A stretch of 43,655 nt of DNA, from positions 1 to 43,655 of the forward strand of contig LCKC01000001.1 in NCBI GenBank assembly GCA_001001185.1, read 5' to 3'. The first letter of the stretch is position 1. Each line of letters starts with the position of its first letter. The DNA comes from Parcubacteria group bacterium GW2011_GWB1_45_10 (GTDB lineage Bacteria > Patescibacteriota > Minisyncoccia > UBA6257 > Brennerbacteraceae). The notes beneath the pieces are model-generated. The model worked only from the letters and a program-made list of their open reading frames with translations, did not search any database and was not told where the DNA came from. This document shows positions 25,296 through 33,089 of the stretch, piece by piece. The translations under genes and the position numbers were made by a program.

Positions 25296-25323
25296 AATTT
25301 TCAATTCTCAATTTTCAATTTTC
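25296..25323 (-). repeat. Four tandem heptads (GAAAATT on the coding strand) between rpsK and rpsD
   Basis: The plus strand reads aattttc aattctc aattttc aattttc, ending 8 nt upstream of the rpsD ATG. Confidence 0.7.
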
Positions 25324-25328
25324 AAAAA

Positions 25329-25781
25329 TTAAACTCTGCGGGCCTTTTTCTTGCGCGGGCCGTTGTGGGCAATCGGAGTGACGTCTCTAATCACCTGAAT
25401 GTTAAGATTGTTGTTAATCAAGGCCCTGACGGCCGCTTCCCGGCCGCCGCCGACGCCTTTGACGAAAATGGAGACTTTCCCCAGATCAAACTTTTTCAGT
25501 TTTTGAAGCAGGCCGTCGACAATACTCGTCGCCGCGTACGGCGTCGCTTTCCTCGGACCTTTGAAGCCGAGATTCCCGGCCGAACTCCAGGCCAAAACAT
25601 TGCCCTTGTCGTCTGTCACGGTAATCAAAGTGTTGTTGTAACTTGAAGCAATATAAAACTTGCTTGATTCAAGTTTTTTTGACTGCGCCGCGCCGCCGGA
25701 TTTTTTGATGTTTGTCTCAATTTTTTCCTGCTCTTTCAGCGTCTCGGAAACGTTTTCTTTTATGACTGCTTTTTTACCCAT
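25329..25781 (-). CDS. rpsK: 30S ribosomal protein S11
   Basis: SSYNNTLITVTDDKGNVLAWSSAG...VTPIAHNGPRKKKARRV. Confidence 0.95.
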   Translation of the reverse strand: MGKKAVIKENVSETLKEQEKIETNIKKSGGAAQSKKLESSKFYIASSYNNTLITVTDDKGNVLAWSSAGNLGFKGPRKATPYAATSIVDGLLQKLKKFDLGKVSIFVKGVGGGREAAVRALINNNLNIQVIRDVTPIAHNGPRKKKARRV

Positions 25782-25790
25782 GGTTATTGA

Positions 25791-26177
25791 TTAAGTCTTT
25801 TGCCCCGGGGCTTTCTTGCCCGAAGTCATTGTCACTCTCTTGTTGCCGCGGACCGTTCTTGAGTTATGCTTGGTTTTCTGGCCCCTGACCGGCAGCCTCT
25901 TGGCGTGCCTTGAACCGCGGTAGCTTTTTATGTCTTTCAGTCTTTTAATATTGGAAAAAATCTCTCTTCTCAGGTCGCCTTCAATCTTGTGGCTTTTTTC
26001 AATCACTTCTTTTAAAGCGTTGGTGTCGCTGGACGTCAAGTCTTTGGCTTTTTTGTCCGGATTGAGTTTCGCTTTTTGAATGATTTTTTTCGCCAAAGAC
26101 GGGCCAATGCCAAAAACATAGGTTAAAGCAACTTCAATTCTTTTTTCATCGGGAATGTTAACGCCTAAAAAACGCAT
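25791..26177 (-). CDS. rpsM: 30S ribosomal protein S13
   Basis: MRFLGVNIPDEKRIEVALTYVFGIGPSLAKKI... I prefer the ATG at 26175-26177 to the tracked TTG at 26192. Confidence 0.9.
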   Translation of the reverse strand: MRFLGVNIPDEKRIEVALTYVFGIGPSLAKKIIQKAKLNPDKKAKDLTSSDTNALKEVIEKSHKIEGDLRREIFSNIKRLKDIKSYRGSRHAKRLPVRGQKTKHNSRTVRGNKRVTMTSGKKAPGQKT

Positions 26178-26204
26178 GGGGATTTGTTTCAAACGGTCAA
26201 GGTT

Positions 26205-26318
26205 TTAACCTTGCCTTTGTTTGTGTTTTGGATTTTCGCAAATAATATAAACCCGGCCCTTACGGCGGACAACTTTGCACTTGCTGCATCTTTTTTTAAC
26301 TGAAGCTCTGACTTTCAT
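26205..26318 (-). CDS. rpmJ: 50S ribosomal protein L36
   Basis: Own translation gives [37 protein letters not shown] (37 aa). It is too short for the ORF track and lies between infA and rpsM. Confidence 0.95.
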   Translation of the reverse strand: MKVRASVKKRCSKCKVVRRKGRVYIICENPKHKQRQG

Positions 26319-26354
26319 CTTGACTGATTTTTGTTTGGAAAATAAAAAAGGCCC

Positions 26355-26570
26355 CTAACGGCGGAAAACAATCCTTCCCCGCTTCTCATCGTAGGAAGAA
26401 ACCTCAACCGTCACCCTGTCGCCAACTGTCACCTTAATGAAGTTTATCCTCATTTTCCCGGCAAGATGGGCTAAGACCTCTTTGCCGTTTTCCAGTTCAA
26501 CTTTAAAAAAAGCGTTCGGCAATGCCTCGGTAATTGTTCCGTCAACGCGGTAGTTCTTCTTATCTGCCAT
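26355..26570 (-). CDS. infA: Translation initiation factor IF-1
   Basis: 71 aa S1-like OB fold: [31 protein letters not shown]...[18 protein letters not shown]. Confidence 0.95.
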   Translation of the reverse strand: MADKKNYRVDGTITEALPNAFFKVELENGKEVLAHLAGKMRINFIKVTVGDRVTVEVSSYDEKRGRIVFRR

Positions 26571-26587
26571 AATTTAAAGGCTTTTCC

Positions 26588-26616
26588 ATTATAGTAAAAA
26601 TAGGCTGAAAAATCAA
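26588..26616 (-). promoter_or_regulatory. infA-operon promoter (TTGATT-17-TATAAT)
   Basis: On the plus strand, attata is at 26588-26593 and aatcaa at 26611-26616. Confidence 0.5.
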
Positions 26617-26684
26617 GCCAATCAGGCTGGCGGCCCGAGTTTTGAACCAAAAGGGAAAATTCCGGGTTTTACTCAATCTCATCT

Positions 26685-28121
26685 TTAATCAACCTGGATT
26701 TTTATGGCATCAATGTTTTTCGGAGAGCTCCTGACCCAGAAAGGCCAGACAGAGACCCTGATTTTTTGGACGCCTTCAAGCTTTAAAAGCTCTTTTTTGA
26801 GCTCTTCAATGTTTTTGCCCGCGATTTTCTGTTTGAACTCCAGGGTGTCCACCACAGCGCTCAAATCTCTTTTGACATTGGCTGTCAGGCTGATGGTTGA
26901 TTTTTCAAAATCAACTTCGGGATTTTCGTAAAGTATCTGGTAAGAAGCAGAGCTTAAATCAACTTTAAATCCCTGTGTTTCCGTCATCTTCGCTTCAATC
27001 GTTCTTTTAAGCTCGTTTTCGTCAAAAACAAAGATGGCCAAAGAACCGGAGATTGTCGCTTTCAGCTTTTCGGCCACTTCACCGACCGCCGACGTGGTTA
27101 TTTTCCCCAGATCAAACCTGACGGCTTTGTCCAAAAGTTTCAGGCTTTCCGGGGCCTGGCTTAAAGCCTCGCTTTTCGCTTTCTCATAAGCGTACTCAGT
27201 GATTTTTTCTTTGGCGAGCTTGATGTCGTCGGCGGAAACCGCGGTCGTCAAACCTGAAGCGCCGCCGGAAAAAGGATTTTCTGAAACGCCGTAAATATTA
27301 TTGAACTTCGCTGAACCGGAAAAAGCCGGAATCGCGAATCTGACAGGCCCAAGATTGTAATCCGGGCCGGCTTGGTCGGCTTTCAGCTGGGCGGAAATCT
27401 TGCCGGAAACAATTTTACCGGCTTCAGTGGTGTAGCCCGGCACGACTGTCCTTGAAACCAAACGGAAGATTTTCTTGTCCGGAGATTCAAACCTTGTTCC
27501 GGCGACCAAAATCTGGGAACTGGCGGAGTTTTCATTGTAAATAACAATCTCGCCCGAAGCGAAGCTTGAGCCCTGGCCCTGCCCGGTGGCCGGGTAATCC
27601 TGGGTGTAAGAAAAAGACTTTTCAAACTGGTAAACCGGCAGTTCAATGCTGCCACCCGAACCAAGCTCGCCTGGTTTTTTGAAAGTTACTCTGAAGCTTT
27701 GCGACTGAGTTTCTTTTTTCGTCTCAATGCCGATGTCCACCCGGCTGATGGTGGAACCGAACGCCCAAACCGCAAAAATCAAACCAGAGACCGCGCTGAT
27801 AATCAAAGCTGGTTTAAAAAATCTTCTTGGTTTTTTTGCTTTCGGCAAAACCGAAAACGGCGCGGATTCAAAAGGTTGTTGAACAGTTTCCGGAATCATA
27901 ACTTCCGGCTCTGAATTTGAAATCATGGTTTCAGCCAGAGGCTTTTCTTTTGGCGTTCTTTTGGAAAGTTTTGTCTTTGCCGACGCTCCTGAATTATGAG
28001 TGATTGTTTTCAAAAACTCGTCTTCCAAAGACGGCCTTGCCTCATTGGCTTCAAGCTCTTGTTCGGACTGCGGCCTTGGCGAAGAGTTTTTTACTTTAAT
28101 ATCAATGATTCTTTTGGCCAT
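26685..28121 (-). CDS. Hypothetical single-pass membrane protein (478 aa)
   Basis: A disordered charged N-terminus, one TM (ALIISAVSGLIFAVWAF) and a large extracytoplasmic beta-rich domain. The family is not confidently recognised. Confidence 0.5.
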   Translation of the reverse strand: MAKRIIDIKVKNSSPRPQSEQELEANEARPSLEDEFLKTITHNSGASAKTKLSKRTPKEKPLAETMISNSEPEVMIPETVQQPFESAPFSVLPKAKKPRRFFKPALIISAVSGLIFAVWAFGSTISRVDIGIETKKETQSQSFRVTFKKPGELGSGGSIELPVYQFEKSFSYTQDYPATGQGQGSSFASGEIVIYNENSASSQILVAGTRFESPDKKIFRLVSRTVVPGYTTEAGKIVSGKISAQLKADQAGPDYNLGPVRFAIPAFSGSAKFNNIYGVSENPFSGGASGLTTAVSADDIKLAKEKITEYAYEKAKSEALSQAPESLKLLDKAVRFDLGKITTSAVGEVAEKLKATISGSLAIFVFDENELKRTIEAKMTETQGFKVDLSSASYQILYENPEVDFEKSTISLTANVKRDLSAVVDTLEFKQKIAGKNIEELKKELLKLEGVQKIRVSVWPFWVRSSPKNIDAIKIQVD

Positions 28122-28252
28122 CCCGTTACTAAAATTTTGGCAATCGCAAGACTAAAGTCAAGCAAACTCCAAAATTAAAATAATTAATTATTGACTCATT
28201 TTATACGCCCGCTTTTTTGGCGATTCAGAAAAAAGCCAAAATTTAGTACGGG
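28122..28252. repeat. 131-bp inverted-repeat cassette abutting the start codon of the 478-aa gene
   Basis: The arms are cccgttactaaaattttggc (28122-28141) and gccaaaatttagtacggg (28235-28252). The arm plus the adjacent aatcgc resembles the A/B arm (ccctgtagtagaattttgaccaatcgc). Confidence 0.6.
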
Positions 28253-28266
28253 ACAAGTAATAAAAA

Positions 28267-28275
28267 ATTATATCA
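28267..28275 (-). promoter_or_regulatory. Extended -10 (TGaTATAAT) just after the alaS stop, upstream of the 28122 cassette
   Basis: The coding strand reads cgTGaTATAATttttt. Confidence 0.4.
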
Positions 28276-28287
28276 CGAAACTTGCCT

Positions 28288-30126
28288 TTACGATATCACG
28301 GCGCGGATTCTTTTAATTCCCTGGCCGATTGACTCAACTTTCTGGATTTTCAGGCCTTTGATCTCGCCGGTGTTTTCAACGTGCGGCCCGCCGCAGATCT
28401 CCACCGAAAAATAGTTTTCCGGAACCCCGACAAAATAAACCTTCACTTTTTCGCCGTATTTGCTCTCAAAAACGCCCAAAGCGCCAAGTTGTTTGGCTTT
28501 TTCCAGCTCCATTTCCTCAAAATGAACCGGTAATGATTCTTTGATTTTTTCGTTGATTAAATCCTCAACCTGCTTTATTTGATCAGGAGTAATTTCTTTT
28601 GGGTGCGGAAAATCAAACCGCAGCCGCTCTGCCGTGATGTTTGAGCCTTTTTGATAAACATGCTCGCCAAGAACCTTTCTTAACGCCGCCTGCAAAAGGT
28701 GAGTGGCGGAGTGATATCTGGTTGAGATTTCAGAGTGATCCTGCAAACCGCCTTTGAAAACTCCGGCTGACGCCCGACGCGAAAGCTCCTGATGTTTTTT
28801 CATTTCTTCTTCAAATTCTTTCTCATCAACTATTAATAGCCTTTTGGCAAGTTCCTCTTGAATCATTTCTAGAGGAAAACCGTAAGATTGATAAATAAAA
28901 AAAGCTTTTTTCGCATCAACTCTATTGAAAGTCTTGATTTCTTGTCCAGGGGCTATTCTCTGGATCTCGCCAACTAGGAAAAGTTTGTTTAACTCCCTCA
29001 AACCAGCTTCCAAAGTTTTTGAAAACCTTTCTTCTTCCTTGTCCAACTCTGATTTAATAAACTCTTTGTTTTTCAAAACTTCCGGATAAGCGCCTTGATA
29101 AGTCTTAATCACGGTTTCGGAAATTTCCGAACAAAAAGGTTTATCCATGCCAAGCTGTTTGCCATACCTGACCGCTCGCCTGATTAACCGCCGCAGAACA
29201 TAACCACGTTCAGTGTTTGACGGTTCAAGTTTTTCCGCCAAAACAAAAACTGAAGCTGTCAAGTGGTCAGCAATGATTCTCATGGCCTTGGTGATTTCTT
29301 CAAGCTCAAGATATTTTTTTCCGGAAAGTTTTTCAATTTCCTGAATGACCGGAAAATAAAGATCAGTTTGATAATTGTCAAAAACGCTATTCAAGACCGC
29401 GACTGTTCTGGCCAAACCCATGCCCGTGTCAACGTTTTGCTGTTTCAAAAGTTCAAAACTGCCGTCAATCTTTTTATTGTACTGCATGAAAACATTGTTC
29501 CAAACCTCCACCCAGCGGGCGTCATCACTCTCAAAAACATCAGGCACTAATTCTTTGCCAGTCCAGTAAAATATCTCCGTATCCGGACCGCACGGCCCGC
29601 TCAACCCTGCCGGACCCCACCAGTTGTTTTTTCTTGGTAAATAAGAAATTCTCGATTCCGATATACCCAAAGATTTCCAAATTTCAGCAGAATCATTGTC
29701 TTTTGGCACCGCCTGCCCTGAGCCTGTCGAAGGGTCGCCGGCGAACACTGAAACCGCCAGTTTTTCTTTTTCCAAACCAAGCCATTTTGAAGACGTTAAA
29801 AACTCCAAGCTCCACTCAATCGCGTCTTTTTTGAAATAATCTCCCAAAGACCAGTTGCCAAGCATCTCAAAAAAAGTCTGATGAACCGTATCGCCAACCT
29901 CGTCAATATCGTCAGTGCGCAGGCATTTCTGGACATTGACCAGCCTTTTGCCGCCCGGATGCTTTTCGCCCATTAAATAAGGTACCAAAGGATGCATGCC
30001 GGCAGTCGTAAAAAGCACGGTTGGGTCGTTTTCCGGAATTAAAGAAGCGCTGGAAATAATCGTATGGCCTTTTTCCTTGAAAAAATCAAGGTATTTTTGA
30101 CGCAGCTGTTTGGCGGTAATCTTCAT
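28288..30126 (-). CDS. alaS: Alanyl-tRNA synthetase, truncated form lacking the C-Ala domain
   Basis: It has a class II catalytic core (FFKEKGHTIISSASLIP...TTAGM), a tRNA-binding region and editing-domain zinc motifs (HSATHLL, CGGPHV). It is 612 aa versus about 870 for full-length AlaRS. Confidence 0.9.
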   Translation of the reverse strand: MKITAKQLRQKYLDFFKEKGHTIISSASLIPENDPTVLFTTAGMHPLVPYLMGEKHPGGKRLVNVQKCLRTDDIDEVGDTVHQTFFEMLGNWSLGDYFKKDAIEWSLEFLTSSKWLGLEKEKLAVSVFAGDPSTGSGQAVPKDNDSAEIWKSLGISESRISYLPRKNNWWGPAGLSGPCGPDTEIFYWTGKELVPDVFESDDARWVEVWNNVFMQYNKKIDGSFELLKQQNVDTGMGLARTVAVLNSVFDNYQTDLYFPVIQEIEKLSGKKYLELEEITKAMRIIADHLTASVFVLAEKLEPSNTERGYVLRRLIRRAVRYGKQLGMDKPFCSEISETVIKTYQGAYPEVLKNKEFIKSELDKEEERFSKTLEAGLRELNKLFLVGEIQRIAPGQEIKTFNRVDAKKAFFIYQSYGFPLEMIQEELAKRLLIVDEKEFEEEMKKHQELSRRASAGVFKGGLQDHSEISTRYHSATHLLQAALRKVLGEHVYQKGSNITAERLRFDFPHPKEITPDQIKQVEDLINEKIKESLPVHFEEMELEKAKQLGALGVFESKYGEKVKVYFVGVPENYFSVEICGGPHVENTGEIKGLKIQKVESIGQGIKRIRAVIS

Positions 30127-30184
30127 GTTGAATGATTGAGATTATAGCAAAAAACCGCTGTTTTTTTAACCTCTCTAATAAATC

Positions 30185-30212
30185 TTGACTTTTTGGATAT
30201 ATGTGATATAAT
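30185..30212 (+). promoter_or_regulatory. Sigma-70-type promoter (TTGACT-16-TGaTATAAT)
   Basis: The -35 TTGACT is at 30185-30190, the extended -10 TGa at 30204-30206 and TATAAT at 30207-30212. Confidence 0.6.
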
Positions 30213-30218
30213 GTATCT

Positions 30219-30371
30219 AGTGACGGGATGGCTTTCTGCGCCACTCTTCCCAGCTTGTTCGCTCATTTTCCGGTTTACACCCGTGAAAAGAGCGACAATA
30301 CGTGACCAGAGAAAAGCAAAGCGTACCCGTCCAAAAAAACGCGCTCTCCGGAGCGCGTTTTCACTATTTTT
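30219..30371 (+). ncRNA. Candidate ~150-nt structured RNA or cis-regulatory leader (class unknown)
   Basis: It runs from just downstream of a near-consensus promoter to an intrinsic terminator. The predicted closing stem is gacggg/cccgtc, with a ~38-nt internal hairpin (ttcgctc...gagcgac). It contains no ORF with an SD. Confidence 0.3.
30338..30371 (+). terminator. Intrinsic terminator closing the candidate RNA
   Basis: A 9-bp stem (aacgcgctc tccg gagcgcgtt) followed by ttcactattttt. Confidence 0.65.
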
Positions 30372-30428
30372 AATTACTTGATTGTTCGTTTCAGATAACA
30401 GATACTTATATTAATAAAGGAGGTTGCC

Positions 30429-30749
30429 ATGACAAAGATTTATCTGTCTGTTCCTCACACTTTGTCATGGGAAGAGGCTCTGAGCCGCCGCAGCCGCCTG
30501 GCTTACTCTCTGTTCTTGGTTTTCGGTGTTAAAAATCTCGAGATTAAGTGGGACCGCAACGCCGCCGAGTTCAGTTACTGGAAAGACCACAAACACAAGA
30601 CCAAAGACTCGGTTTCTCTGGCAGGCGTCATCGCCATTGCCAAAGAAAAAGTTTTGGTCAACGCTTCAAGCAAAAACGGCGCTGAAAACGCCGACAAGAT
30701 TGCGGAAAAAATCAAACAAGCGGTAAAAAAGGAGTTTGCGACAGATTAA
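30429..30749 (+). CDS. Small hypothetical protein (106 aa; weak resemblance to PHA-system small proteins)
   Basis: The ATG is preceded by AAAGGAGG at 30417-30424 and a terminator lies downstream. The N-terminal pattern (IYLSVPHTLSWEEALSR) is reminiscent of the PHA_gran_rgn family, but this is recall only. Confidence 0.45.
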   Translation: MTKIYLSVPHTLSWEEALSRRSRLAYSLFLVFGVKNLEIKWDRNAAEFSYWKDHKHKTKDSVSLAGVIAIAKEKVLVNASSKNGAENADKIAEKIKQAVKKEFATD

Positions 30750-30771
30750 AGGTTCAGAGCCGTTCCCTAGT

Positions 30772-30808
30772 CCCCCGTGCATAAAATTGCGTGGGGGATT
30801 AATTTTTT
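30772..30808 (+). terminator. Intrinsic terminator after the 106-aa ORF
   Basis: cccccgtgc..gcgtggggg is a 9-bp stem with 2 G-U pairs, followed by attaatttttt. Confidence 0.55.
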
Positions 30809-30809
30809 G

Positions 30810-30818
30810 TGATATAAT
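30810..30818 (+). promoter_or_regulatory. Extended -10 promoter (TGaTATAAT) giving a leaderless HExxH mRNA
   Basis: TATAAT at 30813-30818 lies 6 nt from the ATG at 30825. The tgtgatataat string matches the one at 30202-30212. Confidence 0.5.
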
Positions 30819-30824
30819 TAAAAT

Positions 30825-31562
30825 ATGAAATCAAAATTTAAGATCAAATTTAATCTCAATCCTCTTTACGTCTTTCTTTTCACTATTAACACGGAACAAG
30901 AAGAAGAACCGTTTAAGGGTTGGGCAGATTTTACCAATAAAATATGGGAAGAAGATTCTAAAGTCTTCCTGCTTTTAGCGGGTGCTGCTGAGCGCGTCTT
31001 GTTTATTAAGAATAAAATTGAATATAAAAATGCTTATGCGAGAAAACTAAAAATGCTCGCAAAAATCAAAAAAGCCCCCGAATATAAACGCCTAATCAAG
31101 GAGTCGAAAAAATACCTAAGGTTCGTTAAGACTCAATGGAGGAAAAATGAAAAAAGGGCAACGAGTTTATTGCAGGAATTATCGGGACTGCCTCTGCCAC
31201 AACATACGGTTACGGTTAATATTACCCACCCCAAACTTCGTAATGGAGTGACCTTCGACGACAAAAACATTGTTTGGGGGCACTCAGAAGATTTTAGGAA
31301 TTATTCCACTGTTTATATCTGCCACGAGATTCTTCATATTATGACAAAAAATAATAATTCAGATATCTTTCACGCGGTGATTGAACTTCTGGCAGATAAC
31401 GAGATCAGGATTAGACTAAATAAAAAAGGGAGGTATTTTCAGTACGACGGCCACAAATATCTCAAACGAATAGAGAGAAAGCTCCTCCCCTCATGGAAAC
31501 AATATCTTAAACAAGATAACAAAAATATGCTGGAGTTTATCGAAAAACATAAAAAGAAATAA
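30825..31562 (+). CDS. Hypothetical HExxH-motif protein (putative Zn metallopeptidase)
   Basis: 245 aa. YICHEILHIM contains HExxH, with a downstream acidic/His stretch (HAVIELLADNE). The gene is visibly more AT-rich than its neighbours. Its ATG lies 6 nt after TGaTATAAT. Confidence 0.55.
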   Translation: MKSKFKIKFNLNPLYVFLFTINTEQEEEPFKGWADFTNKIWEEDSKVFLLLAGAAERVLFIKNKIEYKNAYARKLKMLAKIKKAPEYKRLIKESKKYLRFVKTQWRKNEKRATSLLQELSGLPLPQHTVTVNITHPKLRNGVTFDDKNIVWGHSEDFRNYSTVYICHEILHIMTKNNNSDIFHAVIELLADNEIRIRLNKKGRYFQYDGHKYLKRIERKLLPSWKQYLKQDNKNMLEFIEKHKKK

Positions 31563-31590
31563 AAGAGGCTAGTTAATTAGCCTCTTTTTT
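31561..31590. terminator. Bidirectional intrinsic terminator between convergent HExxH and rSAM genes
   Basis: An 11-bp stem (aaaagaggcta gttaat tagcctctttt) followed by tttttt. Confidence 0.75.
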
Positions 31591-31591
31591 C

Positions 31592-32851
31592 TTACTCATT
31601 ACTACAAGGATCGTATTTGCATCTTGGCTGCTGCCCATAAAGACCAAGCCCAAAGTTTATACTCAAGGCACGACAGTCCATACAAGCATACCGAAACTCA
31701 CAATCACGGCATCGTTCAACATAATCCAAGGTGATGTTCCAGTATTGCCTTTCCAGCACTTGAACTACGGATTTCACGCTTCCTTGCTTTAAATTGCCCA
31801 CTGTCTGCTCTCTAGCAAAAACACAAGGAAACACATCTCCTTCCGCGGTAACAGCCATTTCCCCTCTCCAACAAGGGTTGACCATCCTTGCCTGGTGAAA
31901 AAACTGTGGCGTAACTGTAAAGCAAAACCCGTACTGCATTGGAATGCGAGGTTCGATTGCGTTACTACACCCTCGACCAACGGGACGAACATCGTCAGGT
32001 TCGAAATCCCCACCTTCCAAAAGCAGCCCTTCACGACGCAGAAACGCTTCAATCTCTCCCATATCGTTTTCGTTCTGGTTCATTCTGATAACACCAATCC
32101 GAAAATCGATACCGAGTCCCTGAATTTTTTTTATGTTGTGATACCAACGCTTGAAGCTTCCCGCAATCTGGGTGCAGGCATCGTGAACTTCTGGACAATG
32201 ACCTAATAAAGTCGTAGCGACATGAATTCCGTAATGCTTTATTCTGTCAATATCTTTATCCTTCAGAAGGGTCAAGTTTGTGAAAATCTCAATGTCTGAA
32301 AAACCAAGAGTCACGGCGCATTCAACCATTCTCCAGAGTTGTCGATGCATGAAGGGTTCACCGCCAACAAACTGGACGCGTTCACAACCAAACTGCCTGG
32401 CCTCTTTTAAAGTTCTTTGGGCAATTCTCACATCCATAAAGACTTTCAATAGAGGACAAAAACCTCCATAACAATGGATGCATTTCTGGTTACATTGGTT
32501 GGTTACCTCAAGCCAAAGGAACTCAAGCATGGGCACGGTTCCGGTTTTCATAACAGAGGTATCTTGATGGAAAAGCCTTCCATCAATACCGTTGTCTCTG
32601 ATCAACCGGAAGACGCTGGACGCATAATTTTCTAAAAAGACGAGTTTCTCCTCAACATTTTCGTCTTCTTGAGCAAGGGCGAACAATAATTCACCACTAG
32701 CCGAATCAATACTGACCAGAGATTCCTCCAGAAGATCGTACAGCGCCCACTTTCGCGCACCCTCAACAATAAATAGGTGATCCCCAATACTTACAGCCTT
32801 CCTGTTGTTTTGAGTTGGTACTGACAAATCACACCTACTTTCTGATTTCAA
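31592..32851 (-). CDS. Radical SAM / SPASM-type peptide maturase with N-terminal RRE-like domain
   Basis: CNQKCIHC (Cx3Cx2C) is followed by GGEP. The C-terminus has Cys-rich auxiliary-cluster motifs (CWRGEMAVTAEGDVFPC, CRDCEFRYACMDC, later C). An N-terminal extension of about 100 aa resembles PqqD/RRE (LFIVEGARKWALYDLLEESLVSIDSASGELLFAL). The start is TTG 32849-32851, 4 nt after AGGAAG. Confidence 0.85.
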   Translation of the reverse strand: MKSESRCDLSVPTQNNRKAVSIGDHLFIVEGARKWALYDLLEESLVSIDSASGELLFALAQEDENVEEKLVFLENYASSVFRLIRDNGIDGRLFHQDTSVMKTGTVPMLEFLWLEVTNQCNQKCIHCYGGFCPLLKVFMDVRIAQRTLKEARQFGCERVQFVGGEPFMHRQLWRMVECAVTLGFSDIEIFTNLTLLKDKDIDRIKHYGIHVATTLLGHCPEVHDACTQIAGSFKRWYHNIKKIQGLGIDFRIGVIRMNQNENDMGEIEAFLRREGLLLEGGDFEPDDVRPVGRGCSNAIEPRIPMQYGFCFTVTPQFFHQARMVNPCWRGEMAVTAEGDVFPCVFAREQTVGNLKQGSVKSVVQVLERQYWNITLDYVERCRDCEFRYACMDCRALSINFGLGLYGQQPRCKYDPCSNE

Positions 32852-32855
32852 TCTT

Positions 32856-32882
32856 CCTGAGGCCGGGGTTCCGGCCTCAGGG
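32856..32882 (-). promoter_or_regulatory. 11-bp GC-rich stem-loop between precursor and rSAM genes
   Basis: cctgaggccgg ggtt ccggcctcagg. There is no U-tract. Its 3' arm overlaps the AGGAAG upstream of the rSAM TTG start. Confidence 0.65.
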
Positions 32883-32921
32883 TTTATACATGATGAACCG
32901 AGAAAAGATATGAAATCCCTC

Positions 32922-33089
32922 CTATTTGCGCTTCGGTTTACACGGAGTGCATCCTGGCTTACAGCATTGTGCCAGGATAGTCCGCCTTACCTTCCGCGGT
33001 TCAACGACGGTCTTCCCGCGTTTGGAAATTGATCTCCAAAGCGGTACTTTGGCGTTGGTCGCCAGAACAGTCAGCTTACTGGTTGCCAT
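32922..33089 (-). CDS. Cys-rich 55-aa putative RiPP precursor peptide
   Basis: Own translation gives MATSKLTVLATNAKVPLWRSISKRGKTVVEPRKVRRTILAQCCKPGCTPCKPKRK. GGAGG lies 6 nt upstream of the ATG, a TTGACA-17-CATAAT promoter lies upstream, and the rSAM gene is directly downstream. It is below the ORF-track length cutoff. Confidence 0.6.
   Translation of the reverse strand: MATSKLTVLATNAKVPLWRSISKRGKTVVEPRKVRRTILAQCCKPGCTPCKPKRK

Noticed and set aside
30219-30371. Assigning the candidate RNA to SRP RNA, 6S, tmRNA, RNase P or a named riboswitch
   Set aside because: I could not find the diagnostic conserved cores. Examples are the SRP domain IV GGAA/AGCA loops, the RNase P GGAAAGUCCGG, the tmRNA tag and CCA end, and the TPP CUGAGA. 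The class is left unknown.
30193-30381. Tracked 62-aa plus-strand ORF over the candidate RNA
   Set aside because: It has no SD, its start lies inside the promoter, it spans the predicted stems and the terminator hairpin, and its translation is Arg/Lys/Pro junk.
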